DNA of 64,000 bases from Mantamonas sphyraenae STR306 (Eukaryota; Protista; CRuMs), in contig JAPMXV010000042.1 in the NCBI GenBank assembly GCA_026936335.1, forward strand, positions 558,001-622,000, written 5' to 3'. The notes below the pieces were generated by a model. That model ran no database searches, was not told where the DNA came from, and worked only from the letters and a program-made list of their open reading frames with translations. This document shows positions 12,572 through 23,955 of the stretch, one piece after another (position 1 is the stretch's first letter; each line of letters opens with the position of its first letter). The position numbers were made by a program, and so were the translations under genes.

Positions 12572-15463
12572 ATGCGTGTGTGGGTGGCCGTGACGCTGTG
12601 CATTTGGATGGTTGTGTGGATGGCTGGCGAGAGCCACGGGTACAGAGACAGCCGTGAGTTGCAAAAGGGGGGAGATAGGAAGGCGAGTCTACGAAGCGGC
12701 ATGTGCGCTGACGCTGGGGACGACGCTTGGACGCCCACGGGGTGATGACGGGGACATGGTGGACAGAAAATTTGGTGATTCCCGACCGTGAAACGTACCC
12801 TCGTGTCACGGGGGAGGTGCTGCAGCTGCATATGCGGTTGGGACGGCATCAGTACGTGCGCGACCTCTCGGTGTTGGGAAACCACGGGACAGTGCGTGGC
12901 ACGCCGCAGCAGAGCAGCGTTGGAAACAACCACGTGGCTGCAATTCGCTTCACGTCGACGAAGGACAGGGTGCTGGTGAACTTCCCGTCCGAAGTCGTGA
13001 ACGCGGGAGAAATGACGGTGACGTTTTGGAGCCGCAACGGGGGAGCGTTTCACCAAGGAAGCAGCCAACCACAAGCTTGGTTTTCCATCATCATGCCTAA
13101 GCAGCAGAAGAAGCTTGCCCTTGTGTTTCCGCGGTCAGGGGACCGGAACCCGGTACTGGCCATGCTGGACTACACGAACGGAGAGGCGACGGCGTTGCTG
13201 CAACCGCACGTGCAGGCGACATGGGCGGATGGCAACTTTCATCACTTTGCATTGACTCTGAGCACAGCATGCCACGAAGCGAAGCTGTACATTGACAGCA
13301 CACTGGTGGCGTCGTGTGGATGGTCACAGAACGGCGAGGTGGCACGCATTGAGCTGGGAGGCACGCCTCTGCGGCAGCAATCGCATGCCGGGGTGCACAA
13401 TGGAAAGCCCACGGATGCATTCATGCCTTTTTCGATGGCAGACGTGCGGGTGTATCCGTTTGCACTGCACAACTCGGAGATGCGCGATATGCTGTGGGGT
13501 GAGTTTGGGAAAGGGGGACGGGGGGAGGGATGTTGGGAGGGAGACCCGAGGTGGGGTGAGACAGGAAGGAGTGCGTGGGAGATTGATGGTTTGTGAGACC
13601 AAACAGCACGAGGGAAGAACGGGTGAAGAGAGGGTGAGGCTACACAAGGAACACTGGCACTGACGTTTTGCGGGACCGGCCCTGTTGAACGCAGACAAAT
13701 CGACGGTGATGCTGTCAGAGACACGCATCGAAATGGTATACAAGCACAACGACGTGGGCAAGACGCAGCCGTTGACTGTGCCTGTGGACCAGGCAGAGTC
13801 GACGTTTGCAATCGACAACCGGCTCTTGGAGGATGGCACGACGCCGATTCCAGACATTGTGTACGACGAAGACAAGCTTGTTCTTGTGTCACAGCTTACG
13901 ACATCGTATCCAGAGGATGGACGGCGACCACAATATGCGTTGAAGATCGAGTATCACTGTTTGAGCTCGGACACGGTGCGGATTGCCATGCGCGGGTCGT
14001 CGTTCCCATACCACGTGGAGTGGTTTAAACGGTGTAAGCCACAGCGCACCTCGTCGTTGATGGATTGGTCCCCTCTGCTGTTGGCGAGTGTGGCCACTGC
14101 GGCGCTGGTACTTGCGCATTGGGTGCGTAGCCTGTGCACACGAAGACGGTTTCAGTGCTCGGTAAAGCTGGTGGCAAGGAGTATGGTGCTGTTCCTGGTT
14201 GTGTTGGTCAGCCTGTCGTTCCTGTCAGCAGTGCCTCCAGGAGAACAGCACAAGCTGGTGGGTCGGCAGAGCCAGCGACGGGCAGGGACGTTGGTGCCAA
14301 CGGTGTCGGACGACACATTGCGTCCGTATAGCGAGGATCTACCTGGCATCAGTGTGGTGATGCCTTGCTATGGACAGGAGCACTTTCTGAAGGAGGCAGT
14401 GATGAGTGTGGTCGGCCAGACTTACTCGCGATGGGAGCTGCTGATTGTGAACGACGGGTCGCCGGACGCATGCTCGTCACTGGGCAAGAGTTTGGCAAAG
14501 CAGCACCCACAGTTGGACATCAAGGTGCTGGACAAGAAGAACGGAGGCTTGTCGGATGCACGCAACTATGGTATTGCGCGTGCAACGCATCCGTGGATTT
14601 GCTGCCTGGACGCAGACGACAAGATCCACTCGACGTATCTGGAACGAGTGGCCGAGACAATTGTGAAGGACCCGCGAGCAGGAATGATCTACAGCGACCA
14701 GGAGTTTTTCGGTGATAGCAACTGGAAGTGGAACATCCTGAAGGCGACAAAGGAGAACATTGTGTACCACGGGATGTTTCCTGTGCAGACGGTGTTTCCC
14801 AAAGAGGCGTGGAGACGTGTGGATGGATTCAACACGATCCTTCCGTGGGGGAACGAGGACTGGAGCTTCTGGATCTCGCTTGTGTACCTGGACTTGAAGC
14901 CTGTGAAACTGCCAGAGTACCTTCTGTACTACCGGTACAAGATCTCGTCGATGCAGCGCACAAAGGAGGAGTACATTGAGGTGAACTCTTTGATGCGAAC
15001 GTTGCACCCGTACAAGTACCCCGTGAGAATGCTTGTGCGAGACCATTCGCTGATTGGGTCGTCGACGCATGTCAACACGGCCAAGAAGATCCTGAAGTAC
15101 CAAAAACGATGGCCGGAGAAGGCGACTACGTACTTTTGGCAGGGTCTGGTGGCTGAGTACCGCAAGGATTGGAAGCGGGCGCTGTACCTGTACACCAAGG
15201 CAGAGCTACGCAACAAGAACAAGGACTGGCAGCCGTTGTGGCGTATTGGAGCAGTGCATTTGCAGATTGGTGACGGTATCCTGGGTCGGCATGCACTGAT
15301 CCAAGTGATGGACAGGTATCCGGGTTTGTCGCGCTCGCTGCACTTCCCTCTGGCGGCGATGCCTGAGCTTCAGCGAGCTGGGTTCAGCAGCTTCTGGTGG
15401 CCCACATCGTCGCTGCGCAAGGGGGTGTGGGGTGAGGAGGAGTTTGGGCATCGTGCAGGTTGA
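12572..15463 (+). CDS. Signal peptide + LamG/concanavalin-like domain + 2 TM + GT2 glycosyltransferase + TPR-like tail (~860 aa)
   Basis: Phase-compatible exons 12572-12653, 12767-13498, 13695-15463. LamG-like DGNFHHFALT...LYIDS...MADVRVYPFAL. GT2 motifs ISVVMPCY, IVNDGSPD, NGGLSDARNYG, LDADD, EDW. Confidence 0.8.
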
Positions 15464-15601
15464 GAAAAATGAAAATTCGAGGACGCAAGAGGACGGCCGT
15501 GGGCGTTTGTTGAGTTGTGCGTGCTTGCAGATCAAGAGCAAAGTTTTGGGTGCAAGAGGTGCAGGGACAAGAGCAAGACGGCGTGAGAAGGGCAGGAGGG
15601 A

Positions 15602-17347
15602 TCAAAAAGGAGCTTCCATGTTGTTTCCGCCTTCCATGGCGTAGGGCCACTCGTCGTCAAAGTACTCGTCCTCCTCTTCGTCCTCTGCGGCCAGACGGTC
15701 ATACTCTACACGGGCAAAGCGATCCCAGTCTGTGAGCTCGGCAGTGTCCTGTTCGTAGCGGATGGCGACGGGGTCGCGGCTCTCGGAATTGATAAACTTG
15801 TTGAGGTTGAAGAGGATGTTAAAAACGGGCCCTGTGAGCGGGCAGCGCTTAAAGTCGGTGAGATAGAAGAAGCCCTCCTTGGCGGGCTTGACCATGTCGT
15901 GGATCTGGCAGAGGATGTCTTCAAAGAGGACGGCCTCGATCATGAGAGAGTCCATGCGCTGCAGTTGCTCCTCGTAGAAATATTGGAGCTCATAGGTGGA
16001 GATGACACCGTCGCCATCGACGTCTGCAACGCGGAACCAGTACTCGATGCTGGTTGGGGTGCGCTTGTTCTCCTCGGAGAGACAGAACCAAACAAAGTCC
16101 TCGTAGGACATGAGGGGAGAGTTTGAGGCAAAGGGGCGAGGGATCTGGGAAAAGATACGGTCGACGGCGCGGTAGGTGAGGGCGTGGTCGCCGTAGCGGA
16201 GGAGGTCGTCGCGATCGATGAGCTGGTCATGGTCTGTGTCGAGCTCCCAGAACTTGCAGTAGAGGACGTAGAAGTGTTCGTAGGAAAAGTACTCTGTGAC
16301 TTGGTTGATGTCCGCCTCCTGGTCTGTGCGGATAAACTGGTCTAGGAGGTCGCTGCGGCGGATCTCTTTGAGGGTGAGGCGGTTGTTTGCGGCGCGGTTG
16401 GCTTTGTAAAAGATGCGAATGACGACGGTCTCTGCATACTTTTCCTGGAACTCTGGAGTGGCTTTGAGGAACTCGAGGGCCGGGTGGAGCTCGAGAAGAG
16501 CAGTGAGAAGCGGGGAAAAGTCTGCGGGTTGGATGTAGTCGTTCTCGGGCTGGCGGACGAGGTTGAAAAAGCGAGTGGTGATGTCGACGGTTGCCATGTG
16601 TGTGTTCCAAAAGGTGAGGAAGCGCTTTTTGGAGACGGTTGTGTCGCCGGGGCTGGCGATGCGGGAGAAGAAGAGCTCTGTAAAGTAGGTGGGGAAGCCG
16701 CAGATCTCGCGGGTGATAATTTCAAAGGCATGCATGGAAACTCCACGCGGGTGGAGGGCAAACAGCTGGTCGATCATCTCTGTATCTGCAGCCTGGTCTG
16801 CGTCGGAGATGGGGGGCGGAGTGGGGAAGAAGAAGCGGGGAATGGCAAGGGAAGCAGAGGATGGTCTCGGGGAGGAGGAGGAGGAGGAGGAGGAAGAGGC
16901 AAACTGAGAGGTTGCGGTTGGAGAGGAGGAGGAGGAGGAGGGAGAGGAAGGGTGGAGCTTCTGGCGGGAGGGTTTTGGGGAGCGTGGAGGGGGAGCTTCG
17001 GTGGAGGTGAGCACGTTTTCGGACCAAAGGCGGGAAAACGGATGGGGAAACGTACAGCTGGGCAGGGAGAGAGCGAGCTTGGAGGCAGGCTGAGAGGGAT
17101 GTTCGAGGACCTCGATGACCTCTGTGTCCATGGAATCAACCACTGGATTAAGGAGGCGGTCGAGCTTGTGTTTGGTGGATGCCTGGGATAGCCAGACGAC
17201 AAAGAGTTCTTCCATCTTGAGCTTGGGGGAGATCTTGTTGAGGGTGGACGGGGAGCGGGAGAGCTTGTGGTGGCGCGGGGATGGAGAAGGAGATGGGGAG
17301 GTGGGGGTGGGTGACGTCTGCACCCTGAGGGAAGTGGTTCGGGTCAT
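15602..17347 (-). CDS. PPP2R3: Protein phosphatase 2A regulatory subunit B'' (EF-hand, PPP2R3 family)
   Basis: Motifs HPALEFLKATPEFQEKYAETVVIRIFY, FSYEHFYVLYCKFWELDTDHD and SIEYWFR..D.DGDG; C-terminal EAPF. May contain a small in-frame intron near 17020-17070. Confidence 0.92.
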   Translation of the reverse strand: MTRTTSLRVQTSPTPTSPSPSPSPRHHKLSRSPSTLNKISPKLKMEELFVVWLSQASTKHKLDRLLNPVVDSMDTEVIEVLEHPSQPASKLALSLPSCTFPHPFSRLWSENVLTSTEAPPPRSPKPSRQKLHPSSPSSSSSSPTATSQFASSSSSSSSSPRPSSASLAIPRFFFPTPPPISDADQAADTEMIDQLFALHPRGVSMHAFEIITREICGFPTYFTELFFSRIASPGDTTVSKKRFLTFWNTHMATVDITTRFFNLVRQPENDYIQPADFSPLLTALLELHPALEFLKATPEFQEKYAETVVIRIFYKANRAANNRLTLKEIRRSDLLDQFIRTDQEADINQVTEYFSYEHFYVLYCKFWELDTDHDQLIDRDDLLRYGDHALTYRAVDRIFSQIPRPFASNSPLMSYEDFVWFCLSEENKRTPTSIEYWFRVADVDGDGVISTYELQYFYEEQLQRMDSLMIEAVLFEDILCQIHDMVKPAKEGFFYLTDFKRCPLTGPVFNILFNLNKFINSESRDPVAIRYEQDTAELTDWDRFARVEYDRLAAEDEEEDEYFDDEWPYAMEGGNNMEAPF

Positions 17348-17726
17348 GATGCAGGCTAGGGATGGGTTTGTGTTGGGAGCGTTGGAGGGGGCTCACAAGC
17401 AACAGGGTGAGTACCGTTGTTCGCCCATCCCACATTGTCCAGTGCTCGCATTCAATTCCGTGCTCCGTGTGCATCGCTGGAATTCCTGCTTGTCCATCTC
17501 TGCTGCGTGGAGCGCAGCGGTTGGCAGGGAAAAACCTGAGAAATGAGCACCTACGAAGGAGAAGGAGCGCTGATTTGGATCCCTGTGCACGTGGTCGTGT
17601 TGTGCATGCACATCGGCATGTACAAACCGTGGGGGTGAGTGTGAAGCGAGTAGGGGAGGTGCGGGAGGCGAGAAAGCACAAGCGCGTGGACTGACGAAGA
17701 GGACGGGTGCGCATGACACACACAGG

Positions 17727-18131
17727 ATGCCGATGCCTTTCAAAGCGGTGCTGCCTGTGGTGCATGTGGTGCTGTTTACGGCAGTGACTGTGGCGTTGGT
17801 TAGTGCGTGGCGGTTCCTTGCTGTGACGACGTTGGTGCATCGTGTGGAAACGGTGGCGTGGCTGCACGGCGTGTCGCTTGCGCTCGGCCTGTTGCACACG
17901 CTTCTGTTTTTCGTGGTGAAGCACTACGGCGTGGCTGTGCTGGTGATGGTTTCGTGTGCAGTGATTACGCTTGCGGAGGGATTTCTGGTTTCCACGCTGG
18001 ACGGCGCGGCGAGCGTGGGGTTGTTTCTGGCTGGGGCGTGGATGTGCTTCGTGGTGTACTCGAACTGGAAGCGATGGGTGACCACACGCAAGAAGAAGGA
18101 GGCTGGGCCGTTGGCAGACCAGGCGAATTGA
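17727..18131 (+). CDS. Small 4-TM membrane protein, unknown function
   Basis: 134-aa ORF with four hydrophobic stretches and a basic tail; fills the space between genes. Confidence 0.5.
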   Translation: MPMPFKAVLPVVHVVLFTAVTVALVSAWRFLAVTTLVHRVETVAWLHGVSLALGLLHTLLFFVVKHYGVAVLVMVSCAVITLAEGFLVSTLDGAASVGLFLAGAWMCFVVYSNWKRWVTTRKKKEAGPLADQAN

Positions 18132-18300
18132 TGGTGGACGTGGACGGAGAAGAGCAGAGAAGCGGGTTTTTGGCACCGAATGAATCGCAAGTGCTGCAAG
18201 TGATTCCCAGCAGATCTGCGAGCAACGCAGAGGCATGATTGTGTCCAGCAAGCTGGCATGCTGGTTTTGGCATCCAGCAAAAAAGGAAAGGAGACCCAAA

Positions 18301-18437
18301 AAGCAAAAAAAATTGAGCTTCCCTGCCGGGAATCGAACCCGGGTCTGGTGAGTGACAATCACCTATTCTCACCACTATACCACAGGGAAGGGACCCGTTC
18401 AGATCGCTCTAAACGGTTACTTGATTGCTCGAAACTA
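18301..18437 (-). repeat. Inverted repeat copy 1 (tRNA-Asp plus 48-nt leader and trailer); partner at 23691-23826
   Basis: Reverse complement matches 23691-23826 except for the length of the T run. Confidence 0.95.
18318..18389 (-). tRNA. trnD: tRNA-Asp(GTC)
   Basis: Cloverleaf TTCCCTG/CAGGGAA, anticodon arm GGTGA-TTGTCAC-TCACC, T-arm CCGGG-TTCGATT-CCCGG, G73, followed by a T8 Pol III terminator. Confidence 0.97.
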
Positions 18438-18812
18438 CAAGCTCAGATTGGCAAATACAAACCTAGTGCACAATGCTGATTTTGGTATTTTGCGACCAGG
18501 TCGTTGGGAGTCTTTCTGTATTTCAGACTGGATCACCGGCGGAGGGAATGGTTGACACCGAAAATATGGCAGTGTGACCATGTTATATGTGCATGTCTTT
18601 TGGTGTGTACGTCTTTTTCAGGCTCGGGAGGCACACGCTTGTTCTTGTAGCCCGCTTGGCGGTCCAAACTCTGTGTTCAGGTCGTCTCAGAGGGTAGGAA
18701 GGTACAGAGTGTGCTTTGCTGCACAGTGCAGGCCATAGGTGACGGGAGCGGGCACTGCATTGGCAGCAAAGCAGCCGGCGGCCGGCGCCTTGCCGAGTGT
18801 GCTGTGCTCAAC

Positions 18813-19040
18813 TCATTGGCTGTGCCTCTGCGGCTCGCCGCCGCGATGATGCTGCTTTTGCAAAGTGATGCACTTGTCCAAACGTTGCTTCTTGAGAGTG
18901 ATGGCTTCGCGGACGCTGGAGATCTTTGTCTGGAGCGTGGCCACGTCTGTGTCGAGGCGCACGAGGTCTGTGTGCTGCCTCCAGGCCATTATGATCATGA
19001 GAGAAACCATAAGGGCGGCTAGAGGGAGCAACAGGCGCAT
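18813..19040 (-). CDS. Possible small type II membrane/coiled-coil protein
   Basis: MRLLLPLAALMVSLMIIMAW hydrophobic anchor followed by a heptad pattern; lies divergent to the GT4 gene. Confidence 0.35.
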   Translation of the reverse strand: MRLLLPLAALMVSLMIIMAWRQHTDLVRLDTDVATLQTKISSVREAITLKKQRLDKCITLQKQHHRGGEPQRHSQ

Positions 19041-19126
19041 GTTGCCCGAGATAGGCAACGGCGAGCAGCTTTGGGCCTGTCTCATGTGGTTGCAGTGCCT
19101 GCGTCGGCGTAGCCAAAACGGAACGG

Positions 19127-20626
19127 ATGCGGCGGCGCCTGGACCTGTTTGTGGTGGCTGCGGTGCTTGTGTGTGTGTGTGCACTTGCAAACAAGGCGGA
19201 AGAGGCATGTTCAAGCGATGGCAACGCAGCAGTGGTGGCCATGGTGGCGCGAGGTGCACCGGAGCAAGAGGTGCGCAAATGTGTTCAGGCAGCCCACAGG
19301 GCCAACAAGGAAAAGTGGCATGTGGGATGGAAGCACGCGCAGCTATCGGCGTCGTACAAGCGGGCAGGGAACACAAGACAGGCTCAGTACCACTCCCGAA
19401 AGGCAGAAGCAGCGCAGGAGCAAGGACACGTACTCGACGCAGCGGTGGCGCCATGGCTGCACACACGTGCACGCACAAGCATGCGCGTGGAGTGGCACGG
19501 TGCGTTCTTCTCCCACCACAGCATGGCTGTGGTGAACAGGGCGTTGTGCACGAGGCTGGCCACCCACGGCGATGTCGAGCTGGTCGTGCGTCGTCATGAA
19601 CGAGGCGAAGCACTCAGCCAGGCTCACCTGCAGAGTGACGCATCATTCGTGCACCTTCTGCATGCCGAGCAACGTGCAGACAGCGGGGATACGGCTGACG
19701 TCATTGTGCGCCATGGCTGGCCGGTGGACTTTTCCCCAGCGCCGCAAGGGACCCGATTGGTGTTTATTCAGCCATGGGAGTGGGGAGCCGTGCCACAACA
19801 ATGGTTGGAGTGGTTTGCCAGCGATGCCGTGGACCAGCTTTGGGTGCCCTCGACCTACACGCGCGAGTGTTACCTGCGAAGCGGTCTGAGCGCATCCAAG
19901 GTGCGCGTGGTGCGCAATGGCGTTGACACAGGGGCCTACACGCCAGAAGGACCGCGTTGGACACGGCTGGACACGCTGACACGCAAGTCGTACCGATTCC
20001 TGTTTGTGGGTGGGACGATCTTCCGCAAGGGAATCGACGCGCTGTTGGCGGCGTACACGGCGTCGTTTACGCGAGAAGACGACGTCACACTGGTTGTTAA
20101 GGATTTCAACTCGCGCTCCTTCTACAAGAGTCACAACGCGAGAGGCAAGATCGAGGCATTGCAGAGCAATTCAAGCGCCCCGGAGATTGTCTATGTGGAC
20201 GATAACCTGGAACCGGACGAGCTGGCGGCGTTGTATCGGTCGTGCGACGTGTTGGTACATCCGTACCGAGGCGAGGGATTTGGGCTGCCGATGTTGGAGG
20301 CGATGGCGAGTGGGCGACCTGTGATCGCGCCCAAACATGGAGCAGCGCTGGACTTCTTGCATGGGGGCAATGCGTGGCTGGTACAAGCAAAAGAGCGACG
20401 TGTTGGGGTGTCTGAAATAAGCGGGATGAAGCTAGTGGAGCGTGCGTGGGTGACGTGGATTGACGAAACAGCGCTGGGACGGGCAATGCAGTATGCAGTG
20501 ACGCATGCTGAGGAGGGCAGGCGGATGGGACAAACAGGCAGGCGAGAGGCTGTGGAACGGTGGCAATGGGACAGTGTGGTTCCAGAGGTGGTGCAGGCAT
20601 TGCGTGATGTGGTCCGAGGGCGGTGA
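19127..20626 (+). CDS. GT4 (GT-B fold) glycosyltransferase with N-terminal signal/TPR-like segment
   Basis: Motifs WVPS, RNGVD, FLFVGGTIFRKGIDALL, YRSCDVLVHPYRGEGFGLPMLEAMASGRPVI; intronless ORF. Confidence 0.9.
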   Translation: MRRRLDLFVVAAVLVCVCALANKAEEACSSDGNAAVVAMVARGAPEQEVRKCVQAAHRANKEKWHVGWKHAQLSASYKRAGNTRQAQYHSRKAEAAQEQGHVLDAAVAPWLHTRARTSMRVEWHGAFFSHHSMAVVNRALCTRLATHGDVELVVRRHERGEALSQAHLQSDASFVHLLHAEQRADSGDTADVIVRHGWPVDFSPAPQGTRLVFIQPWEWGAVPQQWLEWFASDAVDQLWVPSTYTRECYLRSGLSASKVRVVRNGVDTGAYTPEGPRWTRLDTLTRKSYRFLFVGGTIFRKGIDALLAAYTASFTREDDVTLVVKDFNSRSFYKSHNARGKIEALQSNSSAPEIVYVDDNLEPDELAALYRSCDVLVHPYRGEGFGLPMLEAMASGRPVIAPKHGAALDFLHGGNAWLVQAKERRVGVSEISGMKLVERAWVTWIDETALGRAMQYAVTHAEEGRRMGQTGRREAVERWQWDSVVPEVVQALRDVVRGR

Positions 20627-20760
20627 CATGTTCACGGAAATGGACAGTTGCAGACTAAACGTTGATTGTGCATGCTGGCTGCAATTGATCGTGCGTGCTA
20701 CTGTACAGGAATGCATCGTAAGCGCGAGCTGTGCCAGGGAATCTCGCAGCATTGGGGAAG

Positions 20761-21427
20761 ATGGAGGACGACGGATACGACTCGGACGACACAGAGGTGC
20801 CTGTGGACACTTATGACGTGGGGGACATGGACAATGAGGATGACTTTTTCGGAGGCAATGCAGAGGAGCTGGACGGGCTGTGGGAGGAGGAGGACGAAGC
20901 CGAAGACGCTGGGCTGGGACGGACGACCAAGCAGGAGCGACTCAAGGCCCACCAGCAATTGTACAAAGGAATGTCGGGTGGAAGCCAGCAGGAGCGACGA
21001 GTGTGGATGCTGGAGCGGCAACGCCAGGCGCGGCGCGATCTGACCGAGCACGCACGGCGGCTGGCAGACACAAATGTGGGTGCCGAGAGATCGTCATCGT
21101 CGTCGTCGTCGTCATCATCATCCTCATCGTCGTCGTCGTCGCTGGCCTCGCGCACAGCGTCTTCAGGCGACGCGTTGGACGTGGACACAGCCGAGGAGCC
21201 GTCGAAGCGTGCAAAGGAGCGGGCTTTCTGGAAACGACAGCTAATGCGACCAGAGGAGATGGAAGAGCTGCCGGATGATCTGGAGGACGGGTACCTGGCC
21301 ACAGCGTGTCCGTGGGGCAAACGTTGTGTGCTGATTTCCGGGCGCGGGCAAACGGTAGGTGTCGCGTACATGGTCAAGACAAAGGGAGGGAGAGTGTGGC
21401 AGGAGAAGCAGTGTCGTTGACCACCGC

Positions 21428-21459
<32 letters not shown>

Positions 21460-21948
21460 TAGGTTGCTCGGTTGCGCAACGGGTCCGTGTTCATGTCGTT
21501 CCACAGCGCGTTGCCAAACGGAAGCCGAGCGACGGGGCGACAGAACAAGCACTGCATCCTGGACTGTGTGTACGCACCAGAGAGCAAAACGTACTACGTG
21601 CTGGACATCATGTGCTGGAAGGCGTACAACTACTACGACTGTGACACGGAGTTTCGCTTCTTTTGGAAGGAGCAGAAACTGGCAGAGACCAAGGCACACG
21701 AGGTGACACCGCGCAATCCGTTTGCCATTGTTTGTTTGCCGTACTGCGGGGCCAACGAGAGCGATCTGGAACTCATGGCCAAGGAAAAGCTGGACTTTGA
21801 GCCGAATCGCTTTCTGTTCTATGCCAAGGAGGCACACTACAACCTGGGGCGCACGCCGCTGGTCAATTACGTGCTGTTGGAGGACATGGAGCGGTGGTTT
21901 GGTCAAGGCAATGACGGGACACAGGAGGATGACGGTGCAGAAGCGTGA
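20761..21948 (+). CDS. SNUPN: Snurportin-1 (m3G-cap snRNP import adaptor)
   Basis: RR..LE.QRQARRD importin-beta-binding-like segment; QLMRPE, PWGKRC, SALPNG, CILDC, YYVLDIMCW, DCDTEFRFFW. One intron at ~21355-21462. Confidence 0.88.
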
Positions 21949-22130
21949 CGATGAGCTGATGCACGGCGGGACTGCTTCAGAGCAGGCAAATGTCGAAATC
22001 AATGCAGAATTCATTGAGTAGAACCAATTTTCGATGATATGGGTGGCGTGTGGCCTCCGATCACAGATTCATACTGGTGCGGGGGCGGATGCGTCCGAGT
22101 GGCCAGCCAAACTTCAAGAACAAGCACAAC

Positions 22131-23331
22131 ATGGGTACGTGTGCACGCGGATGTACACACGAACGGAACACATCCACTGACCTCTCTCTCTTACACACAC
22201 ACAGGCATCTCGCGTGATAAGGAACACAAGCGCCGCTCTACGGGCGCCAAGCGCAAGGTGAGTTTTTGGGGCGTGAGAGCATTTTGCATTTTTGCAGCGC
22301 ACACTCACACGCCGCTGCCTCGCGATGGCACTTGTGTTGACCACAGCAATGGCGCAAGAAGCGCAAGTACAACATGGGCCGCCCGCCTGCGAACACCCGC
22401 CTGGGTGCCACTGTACGTTTGTGACGAGGGGAGGGAGAGAAGAGGGGCGATTGGCAAGGCGTGCATTTTCATGGCAGCGTCCTCTCGCAGCGCCAGCGGA
22501 CGCACACGCAGCACGCAGCCTTGCAGTACCCAGGTACAGCATAGTGCAGGCGCGTGCTGGTGCATGACCGCGGCAGCGTGCGCACACACAAGGCGTAGCA
22601 CGTTTGCAGGAGGCGCGGACGAGCGGGGAAGGCCGGGTGGTCGCATTTTTTGAGGGCGGCGGACGCGAACGAGGCCGTTTGAGCGGGCTGGGCACTGACA
22701 CACAGTGTGACATGTGCGTCGTTGGACACTATACAGAACGTGCGCACTGTGCGTGTGCGCGGTGGCAACGAGAAGTTCCGTGCTCTGCGTCTGGAGGCTG
22801 GCAACTACGCGTGAGTTTTTTTTGCATGCGCGCTGCGGCAAAGGAAGGGCGTGCGCCGAGGGCTCTGCGATGGGTCGGAGTGCTTGCAGACACACTGACA
22901 CACAAGCGCACACATGCACACATGCAACACACAGCTGGGGATCGGAGAACTGCACGCGCAGGACCCGTATTTTGGACGTTGTGTACAATGCTTCCAACAA
23001 CGAGCTGGTGCGCACCAAGACTTTGGTGAAGAACGCCATCGTGCTGGTTGACTGCACGCCGTTCAAGCAGTGGTACCAGACCCACTACGGCTTCCTGCTC
23101 GGCAAGAAGCCCGAGGGCTACGAGGAGCCCAAGCGCTCCACGTCGGTGCTGCAGAAGGTTGCCAAGCGCAAGGGCGACATGTACCTGGACCCGGCCTTTG
23201 CTGAGCAGTTCAAGAGCGGCCGCATCCTGGCTTGCATCTCGAGCCGCCCCGGCCAGTGCGGTCGCTGCGACGGCTACCTGCTTGAGGGCAAGGAGCTTGA
23301 GTTCTACAAGCGCAAGATTGCCAAGAAGTAA
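22131..23331 (+). CDS. RPS8: 40S ribosomal protein S8 (eS8), 5 exons
   Basis: Spliced sequence [82 protein letters not shown]. Confidence 0.97.
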
Positions 23332-23690
23332 GCGGTGTGGCAGTGAGGAACAGAGTCCCAGAAAGCAATGCAGACCAATGTGGGATGTTCTTTTGTGTTT
23401 GTTGGTGGCTGTAGGGTCACTTAAGTGTTTCGCCTGCATCCACTGCGAGTGTGAATCAAGGGGGGGGAAGATCAGGTGGCGGTCTCCGGTTCCACCTGCA
23501 CCGCTGCCGTCCCCTTCTCAGCCCCAGCGTGCAGAGCAGCGTGGTTCACTCTCATAGCGTCTCGTACGCACCAACCCATGAGTGTGTTTTGGCGACATGC
23601 CGCCGCAGGAGCACACACCGTATCATGGGCGGTCGCAGAAATGTTTGGTCAACAATCGATGGACAGTTGTTATTGACAAACTTCGCTTAA

Positions 23691-23826
23691 TAGTTTCGAG
23701 CAATCAAGTAACCGTTTAGAGCGATCTGAACGGGTCCCTTCCCTGTGGTATAGTGGTGAGAATAGGTGATTGTCACTCACCAGACCCGGGTTCGATTCCC
23801 GGCAGGGAAGCTCAATTTTTTTGCTT
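23691..23826 (+). repeat. Inverted repeat copy 2 (partner 18301-18437)
   Basis: Direct comparison of the two segments. Confidence 0.95.
23739..23810 (+). tRNA. trnD: tRNA-Asp(GTC)
   Basis: Identical to the minus-strand copy; anticodon at 23772-23774; T7 terminator downstream. Confidence 0.97.
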
Positions 23827-23955
23827 CTCCGCACCTTGCATCACACCGTCTCAAGCAACGTGGCCTCGGTGCCTGCCTGACTGCGAACCCCATTTGCTTG
23901 TTCTCCCGTGCACGTGGGACGTTCATTTTGTTGAAAAGTCTCCGCCTCCCTTGCT

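Noticed and set aside
22470-22560. Hairpins in RPS8 intron 3, a possible H/ACA snoRNA
   Set aside because: No correctly placed H or ACA box was found, and GC-rich stems arise by chance.
18301-23826. Inverted repeats as transposon TIRs
   Set aside because: The repeats are tRNA genes, the enclosed genes include housekeeping RPS8 and SNUPN, and no transposase or target-site duplication was seen.
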